Counted from the first letter of the stretch, positions 39,296 through 53,599 are shown. The stretch: DNA of 64,000 nt from Octopus sinensis (GCF_006345805.1 NC_043003.1:99386001-99450000); one strand, 5' to 3'. The notes: generated by a model not told the origin, from the sequence alone. Numbers and translations are program-made.

Positions 39296-39387
39296 GCGGT
39301 ACACGTGTTTCAAGCTTTATACAACAACCTATTCATACATCAATGTATAATCGACATAACAGATGGTTTAAAGCTCTCTTCAGCCGC
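39296..39387 (-). ncRNA. Type I hammerhead ribozyme, canonical core, extended stem II
   Basis: rc gcgg-CTGAAGA-gagcttta...taaagctt-GAAA-cacgt-GTA-ccgc; palindromic ACACGTGT. Confidence 0.8.
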
Positions 39388-39532
39388 ATGCAATTGCCAT
39401 ACCAAAGACTATACCAAAGGATCATTAGATTCAAAGATAAAAACAAGCTAGTTAATAAACGATCTGAATTTAAGCCATCTTGCATGTATAAACTAACTAA
39501 AACCTTTAAATATTATAATCCTTAATTCTCCA

Positions 39533-40717
39533 TTGTTGTTGTTGGCATCCTTTTTGTCTCGGGAGACAATGGAGTTGCGCATAAAATAGTCCAGTCCGGC
39601 TTTTACATTTCATGTCCTGATACATTTCCTGCTGTGGCTGTGTAGTCCTATCCTGGACAAACACTCCCTGTGGCAGGTACCACAAATGTAGCGAAGACTG
39701 TTCCTGGCTGGTTGTAGTGTCTTAGTTTCTTGTTGATGTCTTTTCTTGTCTTTCCATTTCTCCTCTCTCTGTCACTCTTTTGTATTCCCTCTTTTACAGT
39801 ACGTCGCCAATCCCCACGGTTGCTGGCAATTGCTTCCCAATTGCTAATATTGATGTTGCAGGCCTTCATGTCCCTTTTGCAAACATCCTTGTAACGTAAG
39901 AACGGTCTACCCACAGACCTAGTACCCCTAGCAAGCTCTCCGTAGAGTATGTCCTTGGGGATTCTGCCATCTTTCATACGGCTAACATGCCCCAGCCATC
40001 TCATACGTCTTTGTGTGAGGAGTGCAAACATGCTTGGTATTCCTGCTTGCCTGAGGACATCTTTGTTGGGGATATGATTTTGCCATTTGATGCGGAGGAT
40101 TTTCCGGAGGCGGCGCAGGTAAAAGATGTTTAGGCGACGCTCTTAGCGTGTGTATAGCGTCCAAGTCTCACTTCCATACAGTAGAGTGCTAAGTACACAT
40201 GCCTGGTAGATCTTCATTTTCGTGGTCTTGGTCAGCTTATTGTTGTCCCATGCCCGTTTGGAGAGTTGGGCCATCGCAGCAGCTGCCTTGCCAATGCGTA
40301 TATTGAGCTCAGCGTCAAGGGATAGGTTGTAGGTGACGGTAGAGCCAAGATAGGTAAACTTCTCCACCTCCTGTAATCTGTGGTCTCCAATATGTATGTT
40401 TGGGATGTCCGATGTAGCCAAAGTCGTTACATAGCTAAGCCAAAGTCGTTACATGCTTGCTCAAAACAGTTAATGAGCCTTTGGAGGGCTTCTTCTGTGT
40501 GTGATACCAGAGCGGCATCATCAGCAAATAGCATCTCCTTGATCAGAACGTTTCTGATTTTGATCTTGGTACGCAGGCGCGAGAGATTGAACAGTTTCCC
40601 GTCACTTCTACTGTGCAGAAACACTCCATCATCTGATGTCTGAAAGGCATGAGAGAGCAAGAGCGAGAAGAAAATGCCAAATAATGTAGGAGCGAGGACA
40701 CAACCTTGCTTTACCTT
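39533..40717 (-). mobile_element. RTE (BovB-like) LINE 3' portion
   Basis: VKQGCVLAPTLF, LFADDAAL, FTYLGS, LLYGSETW, MRWLGHVSRM, ILYGEL, GRPFLRYKD; 3' end ccattgtctcccgagac...gatgcc(aac)n. Confidence 0.92.
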
Positions 40718-41669
40718 CATAATCATTTCACATTGGATTTTCAATAATCTACTCCACCCTACCACTACTCAGGTATTAGATTAACTAATCTTGGACTTAC
40801 CCCCAACAACTCTATCCCCGGATAGTATGCACATACCATTCAATCTGGAAAACTTATACTTACTTATGCGTATCTATATGGAACATAGATAATTAATCTA
40901 ACCATTGTCCCTATAATTTAGCATATAACTTCATTAATATCTTTATTAATGTTAACATTAGATGAGTAATATAGGGTAATAAATACCTAGAATCTTTTAG
41001 CTTCTCACTTCCCCTAACAATATAAATTATTTTACATAGTGGATAATCTTAAAATCTCTCAAACCAATGCATTTTTCCAATCAATATTATATTATAATAT
41101 TGTAACAATATTGCTTCTGTACTTTACTTTTGTATTTTTCCTTACTTTTTCTTATTTTTCGTATTTTTCTTATTTTTCCTATTTTTTCCTATTTTCTTAT
41201 TTTCCATATCGTTTTTATACTTTATTTTTACCGTATAATTTTCTAATTTTACCGTTTATTTTTATCTTTACATTTAAATTAATTAAAATCAAGATAGATA
41301 TTTAGATAATGTCATGCATTTACGTGTGTGTATGCATGAATCCACGGGCGTGTATGTATGAAGATTTATACATAGTGGGATTTACATGTATGCATGCGAG
41401 AGTGTATATATGAGTGGAAGTGTACACACACATACACACACGTATGTGTGTATATATATGTGTGTGTGTGTGGGTGGGTGGGTGTATGTATGTGCATGTA
41501 TATGTATGTGTGTACTTATATGTAAGTGTATGTGGCTGTATGCATATGTATATGTATGTGTATATGTGTATGTGTATGTATGTATATATATATATATATA
41601 TGTATGCATATGTATGTGTATATGTATGTATATATATATATATGTGTGTGTGCTTGTATATTCCTTAAT

Positions 41670-41718
<49 letters not shown>

Positions 41719-41908
41719 GTATATATAAATATAGTTACAAATTGAGATAGGGGTGTAAATGCAACCCTCCATGGGATAACATATATCCAATATACTGCTA
41801 GTGAAGTACCCAACAAAATTAATACATAAATGTTAATGATTGCGATGCAATTAATTCATTTACTGTATTATATGGGCAAAGGTAAAATGATTTACCACAA
41901 ATTACTAA

Positions 41909-42282
41909 TACAAGATAAGAAAATGGAGAAATACATCTAAATCAAATATCAATTACCAGATAATACTCAATCACATACTTTATTAAACCACCACATAAGA
42001 GACTGTAGGGTTAAATATAAAAAGCAGAACAAATCAGTGTACATAAAGGAATGTACATAAAAAAAGTGTACATAAACGAGTAATGTTGTATAATAAGTAG
42101 AATGTATATAAAAGAGAATATAAATATAAGTAAATATAAATATAAGTATAGATTACATCTTACCTGCTTTTTATATTTAACCCTACAGTCTCTTATGTGG
42201 TGGTTTAATAAAGTATGTGATTGAGTATTATCTGGTAATTGATATTTGATTTAGATGTATTTCTCCATTTTCTTATCTTGTA
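41909..42282. repeat. ~119-bp inverted repeat pair (41909-42027 / 42164-42282)
   Basis: tacaagataagaaaatgg...aaaaagcag versus ctgcttttt...ttcttatcttgta; ends in (TA)n. Confidence 0.9.
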
Positions 42283-42329
42283 TATATAAATATATATATA
42301 TATACATGTATATATATATGTGTGTGTGT

Positions 42330-42535
42330 GTTCGTCTTTGTGTTTGTGTTTGTCCCACCACCGCTTGACAACCGTTGTTGATGCATTTGCGTCCCCGTAA
42401 TTTAGTGGTTCGGCAATGGAAACCGATAGAATAAGTACCAGGCTTTAAAAAATAAGTAAGGGGTCGATTCATTCGACTAAAAATTCAAGACGGTGCTCTA
42501 GCATGGCCGCAGTCTAATGACTGAAGCAAGTCGAA
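42330..42535 (+). mobile_element. SINE 3' half (family of 44896-45330)
   Basis: gtcccaccaccgcttgacaacc...gcggtgctcYagcatggccgcagt. Confidence 0.85.
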
Positions 42536-43074
42536 AAAAGATTCTGTGAACTGTGACTATATTTGTGGGTATTTGCATACTTACAAAACTGCGTGCCTAT
42601 TTTTGGGAGTTTATGTCTATCTCTATGTGCATTTATATTGCATATAGCTACTGATGCTGAGTGAAGAACGAACGCCAGAAATTAAGAACAACAACAGTCA
42701 ATAATAAATGTAAACTGTTGAACTGTACTGATTATAGTTCACAGCCTTGAGGAAACCCATTTCGAAGTTACAATCAAATCACATATTAATCACAACCTTT
42801 TAACCTTTTCTTTCTTTTATCTGCGATCATATTTTTTGCTGGCCGCCATTTTGGGCAAAAAAAAGAGAGAGAGAAAATTACGGATCAATAATCACTTGTT
42901 ATTTTTTTCTTTTCGAGCAAATTTATGTATTTTTCCTATTACAATATAATTTTCAATTCCAAGTTTCAATAATTTGTCTTTTATAATTATTTTTGTAATC
43001 TGGCTGCCATGTGCAAAATTTAAGAAAACGATAATATTTTCCACTCGGAGGTTTCGTTTATTTGGATTGCTTAT

Positions 43075-43176
43075 TGTTGTTGTTGTTGTTGCTGTTGCTG
43101 TAGTTGTTGCTGCTGCTGCTGTTGCTGTTATTGTTGTTGTTGTTGTTGTTGTTTTTGTTGTTGTTATTGTTGTCGC

Positions 43177-43249
<73 letters not shown>

Positions 43250-43265
43250 ATTATTATTATTATAA
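43075..43265. repeat. (TTG/CTG)n + (TAT)n trinucleotide tract
   Basis: Directly visible. Confidence 0.95.
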
Positions 43266-44398
43266 CTGAAGAAATCAATATAACTGGTTGTTAAATGTTT
43301 CTACAAGTTCTTGTTTCAAGTCGATTTACTTGCAGCTATTTCTCTTATAACGGCCCGATATCAAAAGGTATTTATGATGTGAATCCATTTTTTATTCTAT
43401 TTGAAGAACAACAGTGTCCACTGCGACCTTTTTTGTAAGACGATAAAAACATCATTAAAGGGAATTTTGGCTGCCGTTTGTTTCTATTTCTGTAGCTAGA
43501 ACTATTGCCATTTGGGGGATGTCCTTGAGTTTGCAAACTTCTATCATCACCACGTAAAGCACAAAACATTACTCATCATGAATGCCGTACATCCTCCTCG
43601 AAATTCCACTTCGAGCGGACAGTTCCGTTGCTCCATTTATCTATGGTAGTGGCTCTCTCTTTGGCTCCTATAAACATTTTCACATTGATAATAATTGTAG
43701 CTGTTATGATAGCAGTGGTGGTATGATTGATGTGTTGGTATTAGTGGTTGTAGTGGTTGTGGTGATGGTGATGATAGTGTTTCCATAGGTGGTAGTTGAT
43801 ATATTGCGAATAGCGATGTTTAATATGAGACAATAAAATGATTTAAATTACAGTTGTTGTAACTGCGGTGGTATAGACGGCAGTATATGATAAATAACTG
43901 ATATACGAGGTCACATTTGATGGACATATTCTATATACACACTCACTGAACAGCTGCGGCATATAGATTGATGTTGAATAGACAATCAAAGAAAAGAGAT
44001 AGGAAATAGAGGTAGTGAGTAGACGCGTGTGGGATGTTGACTAAATGGACTGACATATTCAGTGAAACGTTGATTAGAAAGATAGTCTGTTGATGACATC
44101 TGAAGAGATCACAACGCGAAAATGTCTATGAGATAATCTATGTTTATATATGCACACATACATAATACATACATACATACGTATGTACATACATACGTAT
44201 GTACATACGTATCTATATACGTACAAAGATATGTGTGTGCTTCTGTGTGCACATATGTATGTGCTTGTGCATACATACTTGTGTTCTTGTGTGTGTAAGC
44301 ATGCACGTGCATATGTATGTAAGTATACATATACAATAAATAAATATACATAAGATGTCACATATATAAATATGTGAGATATCTTTCAAATGTATATA

Positions 44399-44592
44399 GG
44401 CGCAGGAGTGGCTGTGTGGTAAGTACCTTGTTTACTAACCACATGGTTCCGGGTTCAGTTCACTGCGTGGCACCTTGGGCAAGCGTCTTCTCCTATAGTC
44501 TCGGGCCGACCAAAGCCTTGTGAGTGGATTTAGTAGACGGAAATTGAAAGAAGCCCGTCGTATATATATGTATATATATATATATATTATAT

Positions 44593-44636
<44 letters not shown>

Positions 44637-44639
44637 ATA

Positions 44640-44674
<35 letters not shown>

Positions 44675-44689
44675 CATATATATATAATA

Positions 44690-44775
<86 letters not shown>

Positions 44776-45059
44776 CTGTAAATATAATATGTGACAATTA
44801 TTCAGTAGCCAAGATAAAACTCTGAGTTTCGGATGCCGAGGTGGAAATCCACACCACCATCTCTTCAGTTATCCGGCCATCGGATATATATATAGGCGCA
44901 GGAGTGGCTGTGTGGTAAGTAGCTTGTTTACTAACCACATGGTTCCGGGTTCAGTCCCACTGCGTGGCACCTTGGGCAAGTGTCTTCTACTATAGCCTCG
45001 GGCCGACCAAAGCCTTGTGAGTGGATTTGGTAGACGGAAACTGAAAGAAGCCCGTCGTA

Positions 45060-45123
<64 letters not shown>

Positions 45124-45330
45124 CATGTGTGTGTTTGTGTGTCTGTGTTTGTCCCCCTAGCATTGCTTGACAACCGATGGTGGTGTGTTTATGTCCCTGT
45201 TACTTAGCGGTTCGGCAATAGAGACCGATGGAATAAGTACTGGGCTTGCAAAAGAATAAGTCCCGGGGTCGAGTTGCTCGATTATAGGCGGTGCTCCAGC
45301 ATGGTCACAGTCAAATGACTGAAACAAGTA

Positions 45331-45368
<38 letters not shown>

Positions 45369-45590
45369 ATACGTGTGTATGCTTTTTTGTGTCTGTGTTT
45401 GTCCCCCACCATCGCTTGACAACTGATGCTGGTGTGTTTACGTTCCCGTAACTTAGCGGTTCGGCAAAAGAGACCGATAGAATAAGTACTAAGCTTACAA
45501 AGAATAAATCCTGGGGTCGATTTGTTCGACTAAAGGCGGTGCTCCAGCAAGGCCGCAGTTAACTGACTGAAACAAGTAAAAGAATAAAAG
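44399..45590 (+). mobile_element. Cluster of tRNA-derived SINEs (44399-44560 head; 44896-45330 full, with internal microsatellite; 45385-45590 3' half), Octopus OK/OR-like
   Basis: ggcgcaggagtggctgtgtggtaag (A box) ...ccgggttcagtccc (B box); multiple copies in the window. Confidence 0.88.
44808..44877 (-). ncRNA. Type I hammerhead ribozyme with canonical core in solo pLTR
   Basis: rc gccggataa-CTGAAGA-gatg...catcc-GAAA-ctcaga-GTT-ttatcttggc; same family as 7741/17704/20052. Confidence 0.8.
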
Positions 45591-45672
45591 AATATATCTG
45601 CACATATATATGCATATATATAAATATATATATATTTGTGCGTCTGTGTTAAATATATAATTAAAGTATGTT

Positions 45673-45711
<39 letters not shown>

Positions 45712-45843
45712 GTACATATATATATACGTACATATATGTATACGTACATATATGTACGCATATATATATATATATATAAATACATAAATACATACACACA
45801 TACATACATACATACATACATACATACATACTACATACATACA

Positions 45844-45875
<32 letters not shown>

Positions 45876-45944
45876 CTTACATATAAATACTCTATCCTTG
45901 TTTGTCCCCTGTGTGTGTAGCTCCTTGTGGGCAGTAAAGAAATA

Positions 45945-46592
45945 AGTATAATTACAAAAAGGTTACGGACTTTCCTTGGCGAATCTGATATTGATGCTTC
46001 AGTCAATATAAGGTCCTAATGCTCATCATTTTCTTAAAAAAACCTTGTTGATAGCATGCTTCCCGATAAGTTTCACACACATAACCATTTACCCTCCTCG
46101 AATCTTGGAAAAGGAGCTGTAAGTAGTAGCATTCTTCTTAACTTGCAAGAGCGTCAACCCTACGTTTCCTCTTGTGTCATTTATAGTTTCTCCGGGTGTA
46201 ATACTTGGGTAATTGTGAGTAAAGGAGTTTTCTTGCATCTTCATCTACTTGACACAACTTTTTAAAAAGGAAGGCAGTAAGAGTTCTTTTGAAGAAAGTG
46301 CTTGTTGCATAGCTGTTTGTTTTGTAAAGATAACTCAGTGGCTGTAATCTAGACGGACTCTCAGATGAATGATGGTTGTGTGCCTCTCATAAATGGGAAA
46401 ATTGAAGATGTGCCAAAAAGCCTCATTGGTACTGATGTATCTTCCTCTGTCATACTATGCAACTTCGTCATTTTTATTTATCTGTTGACTGCCATTCTGT
46501 ATAAGAGTGTATGTTGCAGCATCTAAACCTTTGTTTATATATTTGCAAACATATTTAAAAGAGTTAACTGAGTAATAGAAGTCAACATTGAC
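45945..46592 (-). pseudogene. Helitron Rep/helicase coding fragment
   Basis: rc: NVDFYYSVNSFKYVCKYINKG, DEVA*YDRGRYISTNEAFWHIFNFPIYER, LLYSQLPKYY, TYREAC, LTEASISDSPRKVRNLFVIIL. Confidence 0.88.
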
Positions 46593-46758
46593 TCCGGCTA
46601 CCTGTACTCGTCTTTGCTTCACTGTAGAATACTGATCATTTACATATTCGGAAACTTTTTGGAAAATTAAAATGGGGATTAAATGAAAAAATGAGTTATG
46701 TGAATATCTTCACAAAAGTGATTGAAATAGATGGCGACTGTGGAACGCCGCACGCACG

Positions 46759-46789
<31 letters not shown>

Positions 46790-47502
46790 AAACATACATA
46801 CAGTATCAAACATCAGGTAAAATGGACGCGCGCGCGTGTGTGTGAGAGAGAGTACGAGTGACGGTTTGTGTTGTCATGTAATACGTACATACATAAATAA
46901 AAATTCATTTTTTGTATGTATGTGTGCGTGTGCGTGTGTGTGTGAGAGAGAGACAGAGAGATTGTTACTTAGACATCACTCTCTCGATCTCTCTCTCACA
47001 CACATACACACAAACACACAAACATACACATACATAAATGTATACAAACGTACATACGTATACAGGACAACACACCCTTAAACTAGCACACACACACACA
47101 CACTCTCTCTCTCTCTCTCTCTCTCCCACACAATACACACATATATATCCATGTATGTATAATATATATCTATACGTATTGACAAGCACATACACAGAGA
47201 GTAATATGTTTGCAAAGAGAGCACATATAAAGTAAACAATAAGTATTCGAGTATAGATTTTTTCAAAATCATTATTTAATTGTAAACATTACTTCAAATT
47301 TTACACAGACCAAGCAATCTTCTGATGTATCGCTGAAGAAAGTTTTTTCCAAAACGTCTTACGTTGTTTGATACTCGACCTAGTTTTTCCCAAGCTCTTC
47401 TCTCTCTCTCACACACACACTCTCTCTCTCTCACACACACACTCTCTCTCTCACACACACACACTCTCTCTCACACACACACTCTCTCTCTCTTTCTCTC
47501 TT

Positions 47503-47551
<49 letters not shown>

Positions 47552-47552
47552 A

Positions 47553-47604
<52 letters not shown>

Positions 47605-47785
47605 TTACGACTGCTTTCAGTTTTCATCTACCAAATACACTTTTAGTCGACTCGGGTTTATAGTGAGAAGGTGCCATGCAGTAGGTCAACCCGCAAAAAT
47701 GTAGTTGGGAAGTAAAGTTCTTACAACACACCCACAAACCTGCGCTATCTCCCCCCTCTCTCTCTCTTTCTCACTATATATATAT

Positions 47786-47830
<45 letters not shown>

Positions 47831-48276
47831 ATATGTGTAGCGGGAATATTTAGCAATCAAATCACTATATCCCATGTCGCGATTCGCTAGATTATTACCC
47901 ACGTCACATAAAACGTCTGATAATCAAAATTTCGCGTGGAACCGAATCGAACAACAGATTCATCTTTTGGCACGCTTCTTTCTGAGCCTAACCACCACTA
48001 TATATTCAGTGCACCTTAACTACTTAGATAGCATAAAGAGACAGCGGACAGACAGCAACTGACCCAAGCCGAAAACACAAAACAATGAACAGGCGGTGAA
48101 CGAGGGACATTAGAAGATAGTAGTACGACCATTAGCTAACCCCCTTTTTCTGCTGCTACAATCACACCTATCCAACAACAATTATCTTCAAACTCCATCG
48201 ATGTTTTGTCGTTCGTAGCAAATATCAGTGTTCTTTTTCATAGCATAAATATGTATGTATGTATGTATGTATGTAT

Positions 48277-48335
<59 letters not shown>

Positions 48336-48435
48336 CATGAAGTGTATTAAAGAAGTGTGTTCCTATAGAAACTCAAGAAACAATTAAAGATGAGGGAGAG
48401 AAGGTGTTATAAGTTTTTTAAAACATTTAATCCAT

Positions 48436-48536
48436 GCATACGATCGTTTCGAACAGTAATATTAACATGTAAATAACATGGTAAAAAATTAATTTAATTA
48501 TAATTAAATTAATTACATATTGCTGCTCTCAGTACG
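48436..48536 (-). ncRNA. Hammerhead motif with ~80-nt AT-rich stem II; core missing one base
   Basis: rc gta-CTGAGA-gcagcaatat...atattactgttc-GAAA-cgatc-GTA-tgc; palindromic ACGATCGT. Confidence 0.6.
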
Positions 48537-48597
48537 AAAATATATAAAAAATACATCAGAAGAATGTTATACTGTTACAACATTTCCTCATATATAT

Positions 48598-48698
<101 letters not shown>

Positions 48699-48806
48699 GT
48701 GTGTGAGTGTGTGTGTATTTATGCATCGTCTTCAGAGGAACGTGGTTTAAGCTACTTAGAATAAAGAACTCAATACACGAGTTTCAGTTGGTTTAGTCAA
48801 CAATCA

Positions 48807-48856
48807 TGAGTTCCTGAAGAGCCCTGTGAGGAAACAAATATATTTTGTTGAACTCA
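48807..48856 (+). ncRNA. Type I hammerhead motif, canonical core, weak stem II
   Basis: tgagttc-CTGAAGA-gccctgtgag-GAAA-caaa-tatat-ttt-GTT-gaactca; 7-bp stem I. Confidence 0.65.
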
Positions 48857-48903
48857 CAGTTTGTGGATTAAATGTGAATACACACACACACCACACACAC
48901 ATA

Positions 48904-48944
<41 letters not shown>

Positions 48945-49551
48945 TGCACATATATATGCATATAAGAATTTTTAAACTTCGCGAGACATGAAATAAATCT
49001 AACTCGAAGTAGATAAGCTTTATAAAATAACCTGTAAATACACATATGGTGATTACTCCATCTTCAAAGACGATTGTCGCATCCTTGTGCTTCCTCGTTG
49101 TCAATGGCATTTATGATATTCCATCAATGACCTTTCAGACGACTGTTCAGTCTCGCCGCAGATCTGCATGCCTTAAAGCCTAGGTGTCTAAAGAAAGTTG
49201 TACTGTGCGCTTCCAACTGGTTAGGATTCCACACGCCACCACTCTTCCATCCCCATAGGATTTTTAGTAGATGGAAAGACAAAGGTGGTCACCATCAAGA
49301 GACATCTGTACATCATTGAATTATGGTGATATACGCTTGCACAAGAGTATCAATCTCTGAGTCTTTATGATTAGTTCCTGGTGACAGGCTGAAGCAAGAT
49401 GACCAGTAATCACGTGAAACCGCAGATTTTACCATAGAATGTCCCACTCCTACAATGATTTTGTGACAACAGCTAGGGTTCCTTCACTGCCAATGGTTTA
49501 AATGCACGCTCTGACACCAACCAAAGGTATTTCTGCATATCCACGCTCAAA

Positions 49552-49815
49552 TACATACACATGCATACATACATACATACATACAGACAGACAGACATAC
49601 ATACATACATACATACATACATACATACATACATACATACACATGCATACATACATACAGACAGACAGACAGACAGACAGACATACATACATACATACAT
49701 GCATACATACATACATACATACATACATACATACATACATACATACATACATACATACATACATACATACATGCATTCATACATACATACATACATACAT
49801 ACATGCATACATACA
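49552..49815. repeat. (CATA/CAGA)n microsatellite
   Basis: Directly visible. Confidence 0.95.
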
Positions 49816-50092
49816 TTTCATATATGTAGTTACTTCTGCAGCATGGTTTCCTGTAAGTAACTAGGAATTCGGATACTGTTGTCTTGAACAAATTTTTTCG
49901 TAGAATATTGAAACAAAAGACAAGATACTGTGCCTAATACGTGATACACGATGTGACCGTTGCTGTTTTGTTGTCCCGAAAAGAGACAGCAAAATATAAT
50001 ACTACATCAGAAAGTTGATAACTTTTCCATTCACTATATTACTATTGGCGTAGTGTGGTTTATGATCTGATAGTTCCTAGTCATATATATAT

Positions 50093-50157
<65 letters not shown>

Positions 50158-50326
50158 ATACACACACACACATACATATATATATATTTCCATATATACA
50201 CATACACATATATATATGCAGTAATGTTTTAGGACATTCAATGGTACGCTATAATCAATGTCAAGATGGTAAGGTGGTATACAGCATCCTTCTTATCAAC
50301 AATGGGTTAACGAGTGATAGCAATAT

Positions 50327-50391
<65 letters not shown>

Positions 50392-50429
50392 TTACAACAA
50401 CAATAATAGTGATGATGATGATGATGATG

Positions 50430-50522
<93 letters not shown>

Positions 50523-50534
50523 TAATAATAATAA

Positions 50535-50910
50535 CATTAGGACTAGGAAAGTACTTTGAAACAAAGAGTCGATGATTACTGCATGTAGTAGAGCCACACG
50601 GGAAAGAGAAAACACTTTTCTCTATACACAAGGAAGCGACAAAGTACAAAATAGAAACAAACTACACTGACACACTGACCTCAGATGACAACATGGCAGA
50701 AATGGTCAGAGAGACAAGAAACAACATGAAAACTGAATTACAAAGGACACTGAAGAAGAAATGGAGAGAAAAGTCACTTCATCGCCAGTACCCTGCAAGG
50801 TTTGACAGAGAGGAAGTGAGCCTAAATAAAAGCCAAGAACGGCTCAAAACCTCTGGACTAAAAGCTGAAACGGAAGGACTGATTCTCGCTGCAAAGACCA
50901 ATGCCTGACT
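50535..50910 (+). mobile_element. R4/Dong-type LINE internal fragment (family of 56480-57985)
   Basis: KKWREKSLHRQYP...GLKAETEGLILAA; matches 56650-57020; follows (TAA)n. Confidence 0.85.
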
Positions 50911-50914
50911 ACAA

Positions 50915-51640
50915 TGTCGAAAACTTTTTTGGTAACCATGGATGTGTCTTCCCTATATTCCAATATTGACCACGATGAAAGGGTAGAAATATGCATGAAT
51001 GACTTCGAAAAGCGGTCAAACAAAAGCATTCCAACTAATTTTCTGAAGTAAAAGTAACACAAGGCAGTTTGGACGAAAGATTTTAACAGTAGACGAGGAA
51101 TTGCGCCATGGCAGTTAATTTCGCTAACGTCTTCATTACGAAATTCGGGACACACTTACTGAAGACATTCAAACCCCTACATGGTCATGAACCAATACTC
51201 TGGTTACGGTTCATTGATGACGTCTTTTTTGTCTGGGAATGATCACAGGATAGTTTAATTGACTTCTTGCATTTCTCTGACTGTTATGCTAAAACTTATA
51301 GCTTTAAGTCCAACATAAAATTTACGTCTAGTTTTTCAAAAACTAGCCTTAAATTTTTGGATACAAAAGTTAGGTTTTCTGGAGGCAGAAAACTTAACTT
51401 AACGAAGAAAGCTTATCGCCATTCCACATTTACCTCCACCGCCGCTCTGATCATCCACATCATATAATTCTGTCAAATCCAAAATCCTAATTTTGCGGGA
51501 TAAAACGTATTTGTACTGAAAAGGGGATTACTGGTAACATGTAAATGCTTTTGTACACCATTATATCAAATGCAGTTACAGTGAATCACGATTAAAGGAA
51601 ATGGAAAAAGACATAGCTAAGATTAGCAAAGAAAGTCAAA
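50915..51640 (+). mobile_element. Decayed Penelope-like RT fragment
   Basis: FLVTMDVSSLYSNIDHDE, AVNFANVF, WLRFIDDVFFVW, LKFLDTKV. Confidence 0.75.
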
Positions 51641-51659
51641 CTTTTACGCATAATTTTAG

Positions 51660-51985
51660 CAAACTCCGCCATCCGCCGTCACATGTGATCCCAGATACTT
51701 AACAACACTCACCTTCTCTAACATTTCACCATTTATACTCACATCCATCCTACAAGCTATTCGATCTCTCGAACATGTCATCATCTTACTCTTAGCTACA
51801 TTTCCTCCTATCACACACTCTTTCAAACTCTGCCACCAGTCTCCTTAGTTGCTCTTCCGAATCCGCCACCAGTACTGTTTCATCAGCGAACAACAACTGA
51901 CTCACCTGCCATTTCTCTCCATTTTCTCCCATCATTTGGACTTCCCTATCAAAGGTTCTAGGATTTACTTCTCTCACCACTGTGG
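51660..51985 (-). mobile_element. RTE-group LINE RT fragment
   Basis: QLLFADETVLVADSEEQLRRLV...FERVC; VKYLGS downstream. Confidence 0.75.
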
Positions 51986-52004
51986 ATGGTATGGTGAGAA
52001 AGGT

Positions 52005-52105
52005 TATAATAATAATAATAGTAATAATAATGATAATAATAATAATAATAATAATAATAAAATAATAATAATAATAATAATAATAATGATATAATAATAA
52101 TAATC

Positions 52106-52190
<85 letters not shown>

Positions 52191-52274
52191 GTAATAGTAA
52201 TATAATAATAATAATAATAATATAATAATAATAATAATAATAAAATAATAATAATAATAGTAATAATAATAATA

Positions 52275-52353
<79 letters not shown>

Positions 52354-52364
52354 TAGTAATAGTA

Positions 52365-52424
<60 letters not shown>

Positions 52425-52447
52425 TAATAATAGTAATAATAATAATA

Positions 52448-52478
<31 letters not shown>

Positions 52479-52509
52479 TATAATAATAATAATAATAATA
52501 ATAATAGTA

Positions 52510-52583
<74 letters not shown>
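52005..52583. repeat. ~580-bp (AAT)n tract with (GAT)n and AGT variants
   Basis: Directly visible. Confidence 0.97.
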
Positions 52584-52599
52584 TTTTATAATGATTTTT

Positions 52600-53340
52600 A
52601 ATTGCAGCACAAGACCAAAGCCTCCCCACCAGAAATTACCAAAAACATGTAATGAAAAGAAATATTACAAGTAACTGCAGAATATGTGGAGATGGACAAG
52701 AAACAATAAATCATATTATCTCTAGCTGCCCAGTCCTAGCTAAGAAGGAATATATTCACAGACATGACAGAGTTGGAACATACATACATTGGAAGCTATG
52801 CCAACATTATGGAATAACAACCGAAAAAAGATGGTATAGGCACACACCAGAAAAGGTCACTGAAAACGAGAAAGCAACCATACTCTGGGATATGCCGATA
52901 CACACAGATAGAGAATTAAGGCCAACAGACCAGATATAATTGTCAGAGATCATGAAGAAAAAAATGCTTTCTAATTGATGTATCAATACCGGCAGATGAC
53001 ACGTGTCTCTAAAAGAAATGGAGAAACTCTCAAAATACAAAGACCTGGAAATAGAGGTAACTAGAATGTGGAATCTGAAAACAGAAACAATTCCTATCAT
53101 AGTAGGTGCATTAGGCATGATAAAAAAATATTCAGATAAATACATAACAAAAACACCAGGACTTACAAACACATATAACATACAGAAAATTGCACTACTA
53201 GGCACTGCACACATCCTACGCAGAACACTCTCCATACAATAACCATCAGAGCATCACAACAAATCACAGCACATACCCAAGGCACACAGAGCTGCGCTCG
53301 GTAGTGAAGTGAAAGCACGCTATAAAAATAAAACTACTGA
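52600..53340 (+). mobile_element. R4/Dong-type LINE 3' end
   Basis: CRICGDGQETINHIISSC, RHDRVG, ILWDMPI, KLSKYKDLEIE, IPIIVGALG; flanked by (TAA)n. Confidence 0.92.
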
Positions 53341-53358
53341 ATAATAATAATAATAATG

Positions 53359-53417
<59 letters not shown>

Positions 53418-53599
53418 CCTTTCTACTATGGATATAGAAATTTTGTGATAGTTGATTATATTGATCCTAGTACTTGACTGGTACTTATTTCATCGGCTCC
53501 GAAAAGGATGAAAAGTCCAAGTCAACCTCGGCGATAAATTCAAGATGGAACTGATACGGAACTGGAATCGTGAACTGGACAGAAAGTGACATATAGGAA

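Noticed and set aside
42841-42853. YY1-like motif GCCGCCATTTTG
   Set aside because: Single short motif with no other promoter evidence
47325-47365. CTGAAGA...AAAAC hammerhead-like trace
   Set aside because: No GAAA and no credible stems
51958-52629. Poly-Y/I/L ORFs
   Set aside because: (AAT)n artefact
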